From Rhodosorus marinus CCMP1338 (lineage: Eukaryota; Plantae; Rhodophyta), in contig JAMWBK010000004.1 in NCBI GenBank assembly GCA_029953675.1, forward strand, positions 496,001 to 560,000: 64,000 bases of DNA, given 5' to 3'. The stretch's first letter is position 1. Each line of letters begins with the position of its first letter. Shown in pieces: positions 53,362-64,000 of this stretch. Made by a program: the position numbers and the translations under genes. Below the pieces are notes generated by a model. The model was given only the letters and a program-made list of their open reading frames with translations. It was not told where the DNA came from and did no database searches.

Positions 53362-55077
53362 TTAAGGCTCAGGGACAAATTTTTCAATGTTCACGAAGGC
53401 ATCTTCGGTACGACCACCATAGGCAGAGTCGTATCCTTGGCCGCCGTTGACGGTATCGACGTCTGGGCCTCCGCCTATGTAGTCGTCGTAAGCACCGCCA
53501 TATAAACTATCCTCTCCTTCGCCACCGAAGAGGCGGTCGTCACCGGCTTCACCGCGGATTACATCGTTCCCTCCTCCTCCGGCGACGATGTCATTTCCTC
53601 CTCCGGCATACACGAGGTCGCGCCCGTCGCCGAGTGACACGTCGTCATCGCCGGAGCCAAGGACGACGTTGTTGCTTCCTGAGAGATCTACCACCGTATT
53701 ATTCCCATCGTAGTCAACTATATCATCGTTTCCTCCTTCTCCGTTGAGCAAATCACTTCCTTTGCCGCCGTCTAGATTATCGAAGCCGGCTCCTCCGAAG
53801 ACCGAGTCCTTGCCCTCGCCTCCGTTGAGGTTGTCCGATCCGTTTCCGCCGGAGACGATATCGTTGCCGTATCCGCCATCTACAAAATCCGCACCATTCT
53901 CTCCGTTCAAGATGTCGTTTCCTGACTCCCCGTGGACGAAATCGGCGCCGGTGCCAGCGTTGACTAGGTCATCACCTGAACCTGCGTAGACTGTGTCGAC
54001 CCCGGATCCGAGGGTGACAGTATCGTCCCCAGAACCGAGCACAATATTGTTGTCTCCATACATATCGGTGACGGTGTTATGCCCAAGACGGTCCACAATA
54101 TCGTCATCGCCTTCTTCGCCGTTAAGCTGATCTTGTCCCTGTCTGCCGTCCAGCAGGTCAGCTCCTGCACCACCTTTCAGTCGATCATAGCCAGCTCCCC
54201 CAATCAATCGGTCAGAGTGATCCCCTCCATCCAGACTGTCATCTCCTACACCGCCGTCCAGTTCGTCCAGTCCCTTATCACCGCTAAGGATATCTGCACC
54301 ATAACCACCGAAGACGGTATCGTGTCCGTGGCCAGCGTACACGACGTCAGAGCCTCCGCGCGCGTTGATCGTATCGGCGCCGCCGTAAGCATAGATTAGG
54401 TCGGCGCCGTTGGTTCCTATTATAGTATCGGAACCGTTGGTTCCTCGGATGAGGTTGAGACATCTCAACTTCAGCGGACATATCCTCTCATCTCCCTTTG
54501 ATGAGCATCGGAAGTCATTGAGCTCAGCGACAACCAGGTTACCAGCGCTATTTCTGTACTGAATCTCGGAGACGAGACATAGCGTTTCTTCGCAGCAGTC
54601 GGTCTCGGACTTGATTTCAGTGGGACAGATGTCAATCTTTACCGGGTGCTTGTAGTCGCCTGTGCTCCGCCTTTTAGAGAAGCGACTAGCATCTGTTGGG
54701 AGGTTGTCGCACTTGTGAAGTCCGGTACGAAGCCTCAAGTCTTTGATCGTCGTGTCGGTGAGGTAGAACGTCAACCGAAGGCACCTCTGGGAGCTGAATC
54801 GACGTTTGTTAGATGTACATACCAGTCCCACAGGTCTACCCGTGCTTCGCGTCACCATAGTTCGACAATAGCGGGTGAAATCCGCTCGAATCTGTCTCCC
54901 AGCCTCTGACTGAAACAAAATGAACGCTCCACATGTCGATGGTGCTTCCTGCTCCTGTCTTACCGCTGTACCAACCTTACCCGCCTTACCACCCCGCACC
55001 TCTCCCGACAGAACAAACAGGAGCCAGATAGCTCCCCACATCCATCTCTTCACAAACGCAAATCCTCCTTTCCCCAT
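53362..55077 (-). CDS. Secreted Cys-rich domain plus RTX (hemolysin-type) Ca2+-binding repeat protein (571 aa)
   Basis: Hydrophobic N-terminus MWGAIWLLFVLSGEVRG, a ~140-aa Cys-rich domain, then many GGxGxDxLx nonapeptides. No introns. Confidence 0.9.
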   Translation of the reverse strand: MGKGGFAFVKRWMWGAIWLLFVLSGEVRGGKAGKVGTAVRQEQEAPSTCGAFILFQSEAGRQIRADFTRYCRTMVTRSTGRPVGLVCTSNKRRFSSQRCLRLTFYLTDTTIKDLRLRTGLHKCDNLPTDASRFSKRRSTGDYKHPVKIDICPTEIKSETDCCEETLCLVSEIQYRNSAGNLVVAELNDFRCSSKGDERICPLKLRCLNLIRGTNGSDTIIGTNGADLIYAYGGADTINARGGSDVVYAGHGHDTVFGGYGADILSGDKGLDELDGGVGDDSLDGGDHSDRLIGGAGYDRLKGGAGADLLDGRQGQDQLNGEEGDDDIVDRLGHNTVTDMYGDNNIVLGSGDDTVTLGSGVDTVYAGSGDDLVNAGTGADFVHGESGNDILNGENGADFVDGGYGNDIVSGGNGSDNLNGGEGKDSVFGGAGFDNLDGGKGSDLLNGEGGNDDIVDYDGNNTVVDLSGSNNVVLGSGDDDVSLGDGRDLVYAGGGNDIVAGGGGNDVIRGEAGDDRLFGGEGEDSLYGGAYDDYIGGGPDVDTVNGGQGYDSAYGGRTEDAFVNIEKFVPEP

Positions 55078-57976
55078 ATTGTGATGAGCCGCGTAAGTAT
55101 CTCCTCTCTTTCAACCTCCCTCAAACCGCCTCCCCGCCTCGGTCCGTCTCTACTTCTTTCTAGAAAACTTCATCACTACCCTCAATCCCAATAAAAACTC
55201 ACCAAATCCCCGCGCAAAAAAAGAAGCTGAATGGCAGCTCGTCCTTTCCAACTTGCGCTAGTGCCCTAGTTCTCAGTTCTCCAAGGACAGCTTCCGCATT
55301 GCTACTCAGGGTTCCCACTCCTCAGCTACACTCCCATCCGCTTCCCTTCCTCCTACTTGCGCTTTGATTGTAAAAACACCAGCTTCCGCTAGGAAGATTG
55401 CAAAATATGGAAGCTACGCAAAACGTTCAGCAAAAATTCGATCGCGAACAAAAGATAGAGAGCTGGACGTCGATAATATTAGCCGTCGCGACTTGAAATG
55501 TGGGGAGCACGCGAGAGGCTAAAACTCCCTCCGCCAACCCACTAACTCCAAGCAGAGGGGGGTGACCTTACCTCATCGGGAAATGCCTTGGTGAGCACCC
55601 ACCAAAAACAACGGAGAACAGCTGGATTGGAATACACCCGGACATAAAACCCAATACCCAACCCACCCCCCAAAACCCAATGCACAAGCCAACTTTTTTG
55701 TTTTTGGAGCGTTTCGTGTACGAACTTCTGCTTAGGACCACATCAAAGCCAAAAAAAAGTCTTCTGGGGTGTATGCCGCGTTCAACCTACCGGTTACTAA
55801 AGCAAACAAGAACATCCACCCCCCCCTTTCTTCTCTGCACTTTTTCTATTCAATTCTGCTTAAACGGAGTCTTTCTTGTGATTTCCCCGAAATACACGGG
55901 ACCAACACTTCCCCTACTCTATCCCCTGTCCCCCTTCTCCAATCTCGAAGCGCTCTGAGAATCGAAAACGAAGTTGCCCTTAGAGCTGCTTTGACAACCC
56001 CAATGTTGCTTAACCACTACAGACGGCGCTACCATTTTCATAAAAAAAATTTGTGGATCATTTCTACCACCGTCTTTAGTTGGAAAAGTTTCGATGCTTG
56101 AGGAAAAATTAGATAATAGAAGAAAAAATGATAGTACGTTGCAAAACACATTTGATCATTTGTTATACCCCTAGGGATCAAACTATAGATATACCACGAA
56201 TAGAATAGTCAATACAAATTATCAATATCAAGACCTCTTTCGTTTTCCCTTTCGTAGGGGTAAAACCAATTTATGAATGGTTGGGCACGTGAGCCTACAT
56301 CAACACCTTCCCCCCCTGTAATAAACTAGTTAATATCATATATGGTGAATAAATTTATATTTAAATAAACTCTTATTGTTGTGGATGTACTCTACCCCTC
56401 TTTCAATATTGATGACATATGACATTTTCGGGTAGAGCATATAACGGCAGTTTTTTTTTCCCTCCTATTATTTTTTTTCTCCAATCTTAGTGGTTCCGCT
56501 CAAGTGTTTTTAGTGCTAACAAAAAAGCTAAAGCGGAATTATAGCATTCATTTCATCTTGTTTTTTCCTGCTTTTGATGGTGACGCGGAACTGTGTCGCC
56601 ATAACGTCCCAGTAAAGGGGAGCGAAACATAAAATAACACTACGTTCATCGTAATTTACTGTATTTCGGACGGCTGGTTTTCTTGAGATATATTTTCAAT
56701 TAATAATGTGCCCGGGAGGGATGATATGGAAATTTTAGAAAATTGGAGATATACGATATTGCCCTACGAATAGATTCCCAAAAAAAATTCATCACCGTTA
56801 CGTAGCGTACTTACAGTTAGTTTTCCACAGGTCTCCAAAAACCAAAATTTGACGTGAAGAATAAGAGGGGGGCGAGGTTGTTGAGGGGTCAAAGTATTGA
56901 CCCTTATATATAAACAATAAGAAAAACAAATGAATATTATAAATCGTGATGTTTTTGGTGGAGGGGTAAATATATATCTTAGTACTTATAGTACATTTAC
57001 TTTGTCCGATTTGTGGTTATCTATGATGAAGGAAGACAGGGGGGTAGTTATATATCGAAAAGTAAAAGAATGGTAAATATTAAGCTCGAATATATCTTAT
57101 CCTATGTTTTCGATTTTATCCTAGGGTGGTAAGTAGACAAGGAAACGAAACGGCTCTGTGGGCGTTTTTTTATTTTTCTGTGCTTAAAACATTCAACGGT
57201 CGGAGAATAAATTTAGTGGCCTCAACGTACTGCTAAAATAACGCTCCGATGTCTATATGTAGATATTCTTATGTTTTCCTGTATTGTTTAATTACTTGTA
57301 TTGTTTGAATTATGCAAAGAACATTCGAGTATATAACTGTATAATTTCGTAATATACTGTATAGGAATGGGACTAGTTTTAAGACGGAGGGAACAAAAAA
57401 ATAACTTTGAGTATTTTTGGGACGGGTTGATCGGAGCGCGGAAAAAAAGTAACGGATGTTTGTCAGAAAGATTAGTGTTGCTGTATTGTGTATTGAGTTA
57501 AGAAAGGCTATGGAGGGATGCTCTCTGGATATTGAAACAGCTTCAACAGGCTCATTTTCCATTTTGGAAGCTCCAGGGGTGTGTATCTGTGCATAACCTC
57601 TTTTTTTCACTGTTCGGTTTTCATTGGATGATTTCGGAACGCATGGGGGGATGGGGATGGATTGGGTGCGCCTCCAAATGTTTGCTATATGGAAGCAGAA
57701 CGTACTTGTGAAAAGAAGATTATCGCCTGGTTACCAAAAACCATCGCAGGGTTCTGCACGTTGGTCGAGAATGGGCGCATCTGAGTTTGAATGCAGAAGA
57801 AATGCTTCAAGCTTTGCAGCGGATTTTGGACTTTTTAGCTCTGGGCAAGGAGAAACAACGAACTATCACTGTTCAACGCCAACCGCATCGGGATACTCCA
57901 AAAATATCCTCAAAAAATGTCCGCATGCGCCTGATGTTGGTCGACATTGTCTCTCCATTCCATATGCGCAGTCTTT

Positions 57977-58012
57977 TTTTTTAACTGCTCCTTGTACAGA
58001 GCAGTTAAAAAA
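57977..58012. repeat. Perfect 14-bp hairpin with an 8-nt loop
   Basis: ttttttaactgctc-cttgtaca-gagcagttaaaaaa. Confidence 0.9.
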
Positions 58013-59597
58013 GTAGCAACGTTGAGCTGCCGGGTTTTGGAAACCTACTCCATGCGCCGCCACGTAGATGCTGTGGTGAACGAAGGGTGTGAAACACTCG
58101 CATCTCCTTCAAGGTCTTGAGATACTCCTCGCGTTGACTTCCAAGCCCAATTTCGTATGCAGCTGAACGGTTCTTGACTCTCATTGGCGGTTTCTACCAT
58201 TTGGATTGCATTTGGGACGCGCATGAGCGGAGGGATCACGTAAAAATGCTTTTCAACCTTTCCGCTTTTCAGAGAGATCTCGATCCAAACGGCTGTCCCC
58301 ACCTCGGGGGAGATATATATCTACTCACCCCTTTAGCAAACACAAAAAAATCTGGAACTCGGCTCCAAGGAAACCTAGCCGATCAATTTTCCTCTCCTTC
58401 GCTGTCCGACATATCTACCGTCCACGTTCGCTCATAGTCTTCTACTACAACTCTAGTGTCATGCTCGCACGTCAAAAGAAAAAGCAAACGCTGGGAATAT
58501 ACAGGGTGTGAGCAGGACAGGCCAGGTTGTTTTGGTACTGTCTGCCACAAACAGGTCCTACGGTCAAGCTTGGAATTGCCAACCGCCAGCCAGAATCCCG
58601 ATAGGGCGTATTCGAAGTCTTATGTCTCACCGAAAGGTCAACCTCTCAAGTGGTAATTGCAAATAGAGGCTATGAAGATAGGAACGGGTCTCCTGCTGGA
58701 GTGTAATCTTCAGGGGCCCACACCAAGTCGTTGCGGAGATACATGCGGTACGATCGTGATTTTGTTTTCCATTCCTTAGACATGCTCTAGTCCACCTTCA
58801 CGCTAGAAATACCAGTCCTCTAGTAGCTTAAATTCTACCTCAATCCCACAAATGAACCTCAAGACCTCACACCTCATCTACACACAAACACGCACAGAAA
58901 CCCCAAAATGGCCAAGTCGCTCCCCGCACCCCCAGAGCAACTCGACCGCGGCGCCCTTGAAGCCTTTTCTACGGTATCCTACACCGGAATTATTATCCAA
59001 ACTTCAATATCTAGTACATGTACATCCCAACAGAAACAGGTGATTACCACTAAGCACAATCCAAAACAGGCATTAATGACTGAAAACATTACTACATTGG
59101 TGGATTTATTCCGTCGTTGCGCATATTGATTGTTGACCTAGTCAATATCATCGAAACCATTCAATCATTGGCTTAAGTAAGCTTTTTCTTCCCCGGCACT
59201 TACCCGTTTCCTCCCAGATGCAAATGCTGGCTTCTCATTTTTATCCTAAGAAATAGGGGGTGCATAATCAAAATCAATTGAATATATAAAATAGTAATAA
59301 AATAGACGAATTCGAATTTAGAAACGGAAAGTTGTAGGGGTACTATTTGTAAGAGAGGTAGGGTTTGGCGGAGAGTGAGCGGGTGAATCAAAGGGCTTGT
59401 GGGTGGATTGGTTGTGGTTCATTGCCGTCCGGAGTCATCAGTGGGTGAGGGTATTTAGTAAGCGTGGTGGATGGGATTGGATCGGGGTTTGGGGGAGGGA
59501 TGGGAGAGAGCTGTGGATCAAGGAGGGGAAGGATCGGTTACAGGTGTTTTTGACTTGATCGATTTTTTCGCTAATTTGGTGTTTGGAAAAGGACGTC

Positions 59598-60251
59598 ATG
59601 GGTAACGAAAAGATTCATATGAAGTACTTGCAGCTGGGTGGCATTGGGGGTCGAGGGGGAGTTGTGAGGTTCTTTATGCTGGCGAATGGGTTGGAGTACG
59701 AGGAGGAGCTGTACGGAATGGAAGATGGGAGTTGGACGGAGAGGAAGGATTCAATGATTGAAACCGGTGAGAATCCAGCTGGTACGGTACCGCTTCTTGA
59801 GGTCGATGGTAAACAAGTGACCCAGCACGTTGCAGCGATGCGCTACATCGCTCGTGTGAGGGATCTTACGACCGGTGATGCGTACGGTGAGTTTGTACAG
59901 GATGCGTTCGCTGATCAGTACCAACTTGTGAGGGATGATTGGGTTCGTCACACCTTTGGGTCCGATGAGGATAAGAAAAAGTTGAAGGAGGAAGTGGCTA
60001 AGGGTCATTTCAAAGTTCTGGATGGTCTGATCACCAAATGGCAGACGGAGAAGATCTATTTGAGCCTCGGAAAGAACGGCATGCCACTATGGGGCGACGC
60101 GGCTGCGTTTGGCATCGTATACGACCACATCAAGACTGGCTCAATTACCAAAGAGGAAGTCGATGCCAACTATCCAAAGCTCGCCGCGATTTACGAAAAC
60201 TTCGGCGAAATTCCCGCTGTGTCCCAGTGGATTGCAGACAAAAGCGGGTAG
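59598..60251 (+). CDS. Glutathione S-transferase (sigma-like, 217 aa)
   Basis: N-terminal Y...GRG..VRF.M, GTVPLLEVDGKQVTQHVAAMRYIAR, and C-terminal WGDAAAF...YPKL...VSQW. Confidence 0.88.
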   Translation: MGNEKIHMKYLQLGGIGGRGGVVRFFMLANGLEYEEELYGMEDGSWTERKDSMIETGENPAGTVPLLEVDGKQVTQHVAAMRYIARVRDLTTGDAYGEFVQDAFADQYQLVRDDWVRHTFGSDEDKKKLKEEVAKGHFKVLDGLITKWQTEKIYLSLGKNGMPLWGDAAAFGIVYDHIKTGSITKEEVDANYPKLAAIYENFGEIPAVSQWIADKSG

Positions 60252-60702
60252 AAAACTCGTCAGAAAACGATTAAAACCAATAGCTGAGCGCCTCGCCCCA
60301 ACCACTATTTTAAGGTACTCTTTGTAGACTGTTCATAAGACTTGATAAAATATACCTATCCAGAAGACTGCTTCTAGAACACCCTTCCAGACCCGTGAAA
60401 GTGCCGGAGTTATCCATCCTTCGTTAGACGGGATTCACCCACGGCAATGGGATGCGTACTTCATTCGGAACTTGACAGTTGGCCCAAAATCTTTCATTGA
60501 GGCTTTGAAGCTTGCATGCTTCTCTCTTGTTGAGATGAAATTTGTTGTTTTAGTGTTTATGTACTCTAATGCTGGTGCTCTACTTTTCCCTTCGGAATCT
60601 CCTCTTCCGACTACTGGCTGTCCGCTTTGCTACTGCCGTGAAGGCACAAAGACTAGACCAAGTTAGGCTAAGCTTTCATGTCGCTCTCGTTTCTTCTTCG
60701 GC

Positions 60703-61134
60703 TTATACGGAGTATTTGACTCTCCGTCCGTTGAGTGGCTGCGTATCTCTGGTATTTCCTGGGTATCCACCGATTTGTCCCCAGTACTTGTCGTAGGATC
60801 GCTTGTCGATTGAGACGCTGTACTTGCCGACGAACCATTTCACGCCTTCCGTGCACGGAGGGGTGGTGAGACTGCCGCGGTAGTAGTAGAAGTGTTTCTG
60901 ACCCTTGATGAGGGAGCGAACCCTGATCTTAATCGACTCATCTCCGTTCTCGGAAGCAAGGGATTTCTTGGCAAAGATCGCCTTGATGTCTGGGTTGACT
61001 AGCTTCGCGCGGTCCTCCTTGAAGAGAACTCCGATCACGGCAAGGCCTCCATCGCTGCTGACATGAACGAAGTGAATTTCAACTGGGTATGCCAGGCCGT
61101 CAATTCTGTGCTCAGAGAGGGCGTGCATATGATA
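60703..61134 (-). CDS. Secreted alpha-carbonic anhydrase, exon 2 (spliced product 255 aa)
   Basis: YHMH and EIHFVH zinc ligands, YRGSLTTPPCTEGVKW, and RDTQPLNGR. Confidence 0.92.
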   Translation of the reverse strand, partial: YHMHALSEHRIDGLAYPVEIHFVHVSSDGGLAVIGVLFKEDRAKLVNPDIKAIFAKKSLASENGDESIKIRVRSLIKGQKHFYYYRGSLTTPPCTEGVKWFVGKYSVSIDKRSYDKYWGQIGGYPGNTRDTQPLNGRRVKYSV

Positions 61135-61215
61135 CTATCCAAGCAGAGGAAGAAGGCAGGTTCGTTAGAAATTGGTTCTGCTGGTACACTAATCTCATGG
61201 GTCAGTAGCACTCAC
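61135..61215 (-). other. 81-nt GT-AG spliceosomal intron, phase 0
   Basis: GTGAGT donor, CTAAC branch point, pyrimidine tract and TAG acceptor. Splicing yields QYHMH. Confidence 0.88.
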
Positions 61216-61551
61216 CTGCGCAAGCCTGTACTTGACTCCGTTCCAGACCAGAGATCCACACCCGTCTGCCGAGCAGCAGTTGTATGTTGGTGCACCCTTG
61301 TTCTGCACGATGCAGAACTTGCTCTCTTTGGGGTATTTCGTGAAGTCCGCGAATCTCAGCTTTTTGCCAGCCTTCACCGAAGGATCATTCTTCACAATAT
61401 CAATCGGGGATTGGGTAAGCCCACCACAGTCCTTGTAACCAATTTTCGCCCACTCATTTGGACCAGTCGGGGAGGTGAAACTCCAATCGGGCTGCCCCGA
61501 CGTAACCGCCACGAGCGCCGCCAGAAAGATAATCACAGATCCAGTCTTCAT
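61216..61551 (-). CDS. Secreted alpha-carbonic anhydrase, exon 1
   Basis: Signal peptide MKTGSVIIFLAALVAVTSG, WSFTSPTGPNEW and QSPIDI. Ends at a CAG|GTGAGT donor. Confidence 0.88.
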
Positions 61552-64000
61552 CGTGTATGTTTTCGTTTCTCTACTTTTCCGACTCTTCGCTTTCTCCTCT
61601 GACTTTCTGACTACTGCCTGCTCCTTGTTTGATACTTCAAAAAAGATCTGCCTCTCCAGCACCGCTCCCCGACGACCTTCTTATACTCGTCGGAGACCCA
61701 TCTAGCTCACTATCCAAGTCGCACCGTCGCAAACGTAGTCAGGAAAAACCCTAATCCGCTCTAAACGAAGAAAAAAGGGAATCCATTCCTCTGGAATGGG
61801 AAACCAACGCGAATGCCGTACACCTAACCAAAAATTTGATTTTCAAAAGTTTGTACAAGTGTTTTAGAGATAGAGTGGGTAGGCGTCAGAGTTTGGGATT
61901 GTACAGAGTGCGCCAAACGGCCCTGCAGGGAGGTCTTCACTTGCCGGGGCTCATCAGATTCGACGTAGTTTCGTACATCTACAGAGCCGAATGTGTAGGA
62001 ATAGTACCCAGGGGAAGAGGGCTGATCTTCTGCTCCAGAACCTCTCTCATCGGCAAGCCTGAGCGATTTTGCCGTTTTCCTGGCTTCTTGTCTAGGGGGG
62101 GGTGCGTGAATGGTGGGGAGAGGGAGGTTGGGTGGGGTGAATCGGCTGGAAGAATGGGTTGAGAGGGAGTGCGACGGTGAGCGATATTAGGTTTAACTCC
62201 AATGCACTCTTGGTGTGGTTGAGGAGAGCCGGCAGACATTTTGCGTTACGCTTCCAGATTGTACTTCACAACTGCGACACAATACCAACCACATTTCCCA
62301 ACTTTTTCTCACTGACAGATAGATGATCCGATCTCCTCCTATCCGAAAACAAGGCAGGCCCCTCTACTATCCCAGCAGGGCGCTGGTTTCTCTTCTTTTT
62401 TTTTGTTGGTTCTTTACACGGACAACTCCTAACAAAAAGAAGAAAAATAACCTTCGAGAAACACAGAACAAACAAACAACGTCTCCCGGGAGAGAGAATG
62501 AAGCCCCTCACCCTAAACACTCCGTCGCGCAGAACTCCCCCACCTACTTCCATGTGAGTTGCAACCATCAAAAATTACTGGTGAAGTGAGGAGATTGTCC
62601 ACTTCATCCTTCATCCTCTTCCCCTCCCCCCCCCCCTTCCCCTTTACTGAAAACTGTAGACAGAGTTGGTAAAATCCAGAACAGCACACAAAGCCACTTT
62701 CATCCGGTTGTCACGTTGCACGCCCTTACTCCCTCCTTGGTAAAACTACCGGAACAAACCAAAGCGTTGGGACCTTAGGCTGACATTCGGGAATTTAATC
62801 CTAAATTCACCCCTTTCATTTTAATGTACATCCATTTACGTCCTTTCTATACCCCCCGTTTACTTCATTTCCAAAAACCCCACCCTCGCCCTCCCATACA
62901 AAATCTGTGCCTACTACACCCCCTGAATCCCACCCTTGTTCACAAGCCAACAGGGGCATAAAAACTTGCCCAGGGGGTTAACGTGGTTTTCCTCCCTCTC
63001 AAGCTAGGCTTTTTTTTTTTTTTGTTCTCACTCAAGATAATTGAAATTTCTTCATTTTTCAGGTGGTGTGAGGTGGTGGAGGACATCGATAGATTGTATT
63101 CTGAAAACATTTAATTAACCCACAGGCGAATATTGAAGCCCCTCCCACACATCGATTTTGAAAGGTTTCAAGATAGAGAACATTGGCCAAACAGGTTTTT
63201 TTGGGCCAATGAAAAATTCAAACAACAGTACAGCCCTTTTTTTTATGACCGGATGATTCTTTTGAATGCTATTTTAGATATTATTTCTACAATCCCCCCC
63301 CCCCCTCCCCTCTCTGCATCTTCTCCCTCTCCACGTTGTTTTTCCTAGCTGCTCGTTCTAGAGCATCTAGATTCCTTGATTCAGAGTGCGAAAGGCCGGA
63401 TAAATTATTTTTTTTCCTCACTTCTTGTTTTATTTGGTTTTGATGATTTTCGAGGAGTCGAGAGGTGGATGAGTTTCGTTAAAATTTTGTACACAGAGTA
63501 TTTTATTTCTGTTAAAGATATAAATCGTGAAGCGCACATTTCGTTGGCTTATGAAATATCTTTTTTATTCATTAAAGGATCGATTCATTTTTGGTTTTAG
63601 ACTATTATTTAAGGTATCGGGGAAATATTCTTTCTTAACCCTCGGGACGAGTGGGCGTAGGCCATCTAGAATATATGTTTTGTGTGAATTTGTTTCAGCG
63701 CTCCGGATTTTTAATGTGTAGGAGCTACCCCCCTCCAACCATCCCCCCCATTTTTTTCCTTTCTTTCGTGCGAGGGTATGTGAAAGCGCTTGCTGGCTAT
63801 GGCCAAGTCGCGTCATCTGTTCAGATCGTGCGGCTCCTAGTGGCCTTCTTGATGGGGTGGATGGTATGGAGAGGTACAGCGTCTGATGTTAAACGCTATT
63901 CTTTCCTTTTTTTTGCCTTTTCTTTGAAAAAGAGCAGCACTTCCTTGCGTCGCTCGGGATGAACGGCCCCCACGTTCACTGCTTCACTCCATTTGGCGCT

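Noticed and set aside
57977-58020. Hairpin as a Helitron 3' end
   Set aside because: No CTRR terminus at the expected distance and no 5' TC partner identified.
58908-59129. 73-aa ORF with a good start context
   Set aside because: No recognisable homology, no paralog in the window, and no convincing splice extension.

Overview
Eukaryotic, intron-poor genomic window. My best guess for the host is a red alga or a similarly compact algal genome, but this is inference and unverified. The genes are almost all secreted or cell-surface proteins: three paralogous astacin-C2-EGF-C2(-C2) metalloprotease-like genes, none with the canonical third zinc His; a family carrying a shared ~140-aa Cys-rich domain (three intact stand-alone genes, one frameshifted copy, one pseudogene, and one copy fused to RTX Ca2+-binding repeats); a Pro/Thr/Tyr/Glu repeat protein; a single-pass membrane protein; and a two-exon alpha-carbonic anhydrase. 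There is also one cytosolic GST. The intergenic DNA is dense in retroelements. A head-to-tail stack of CRE-like non-LTR elements (RT plus restriction-like endonuclease) at 28-37 kb contains two intact pol ORFs with atypical YHDD and IHDD active sites. More than ten truncated relics of related families lie elsewhere, along with an internally deleted Ty3/gypsy element carrying a 139-bp fold-back and a Ty1/copia relic. I found no rRNA, tRNA or CRISPR array. All percentages and alignments are by eye.
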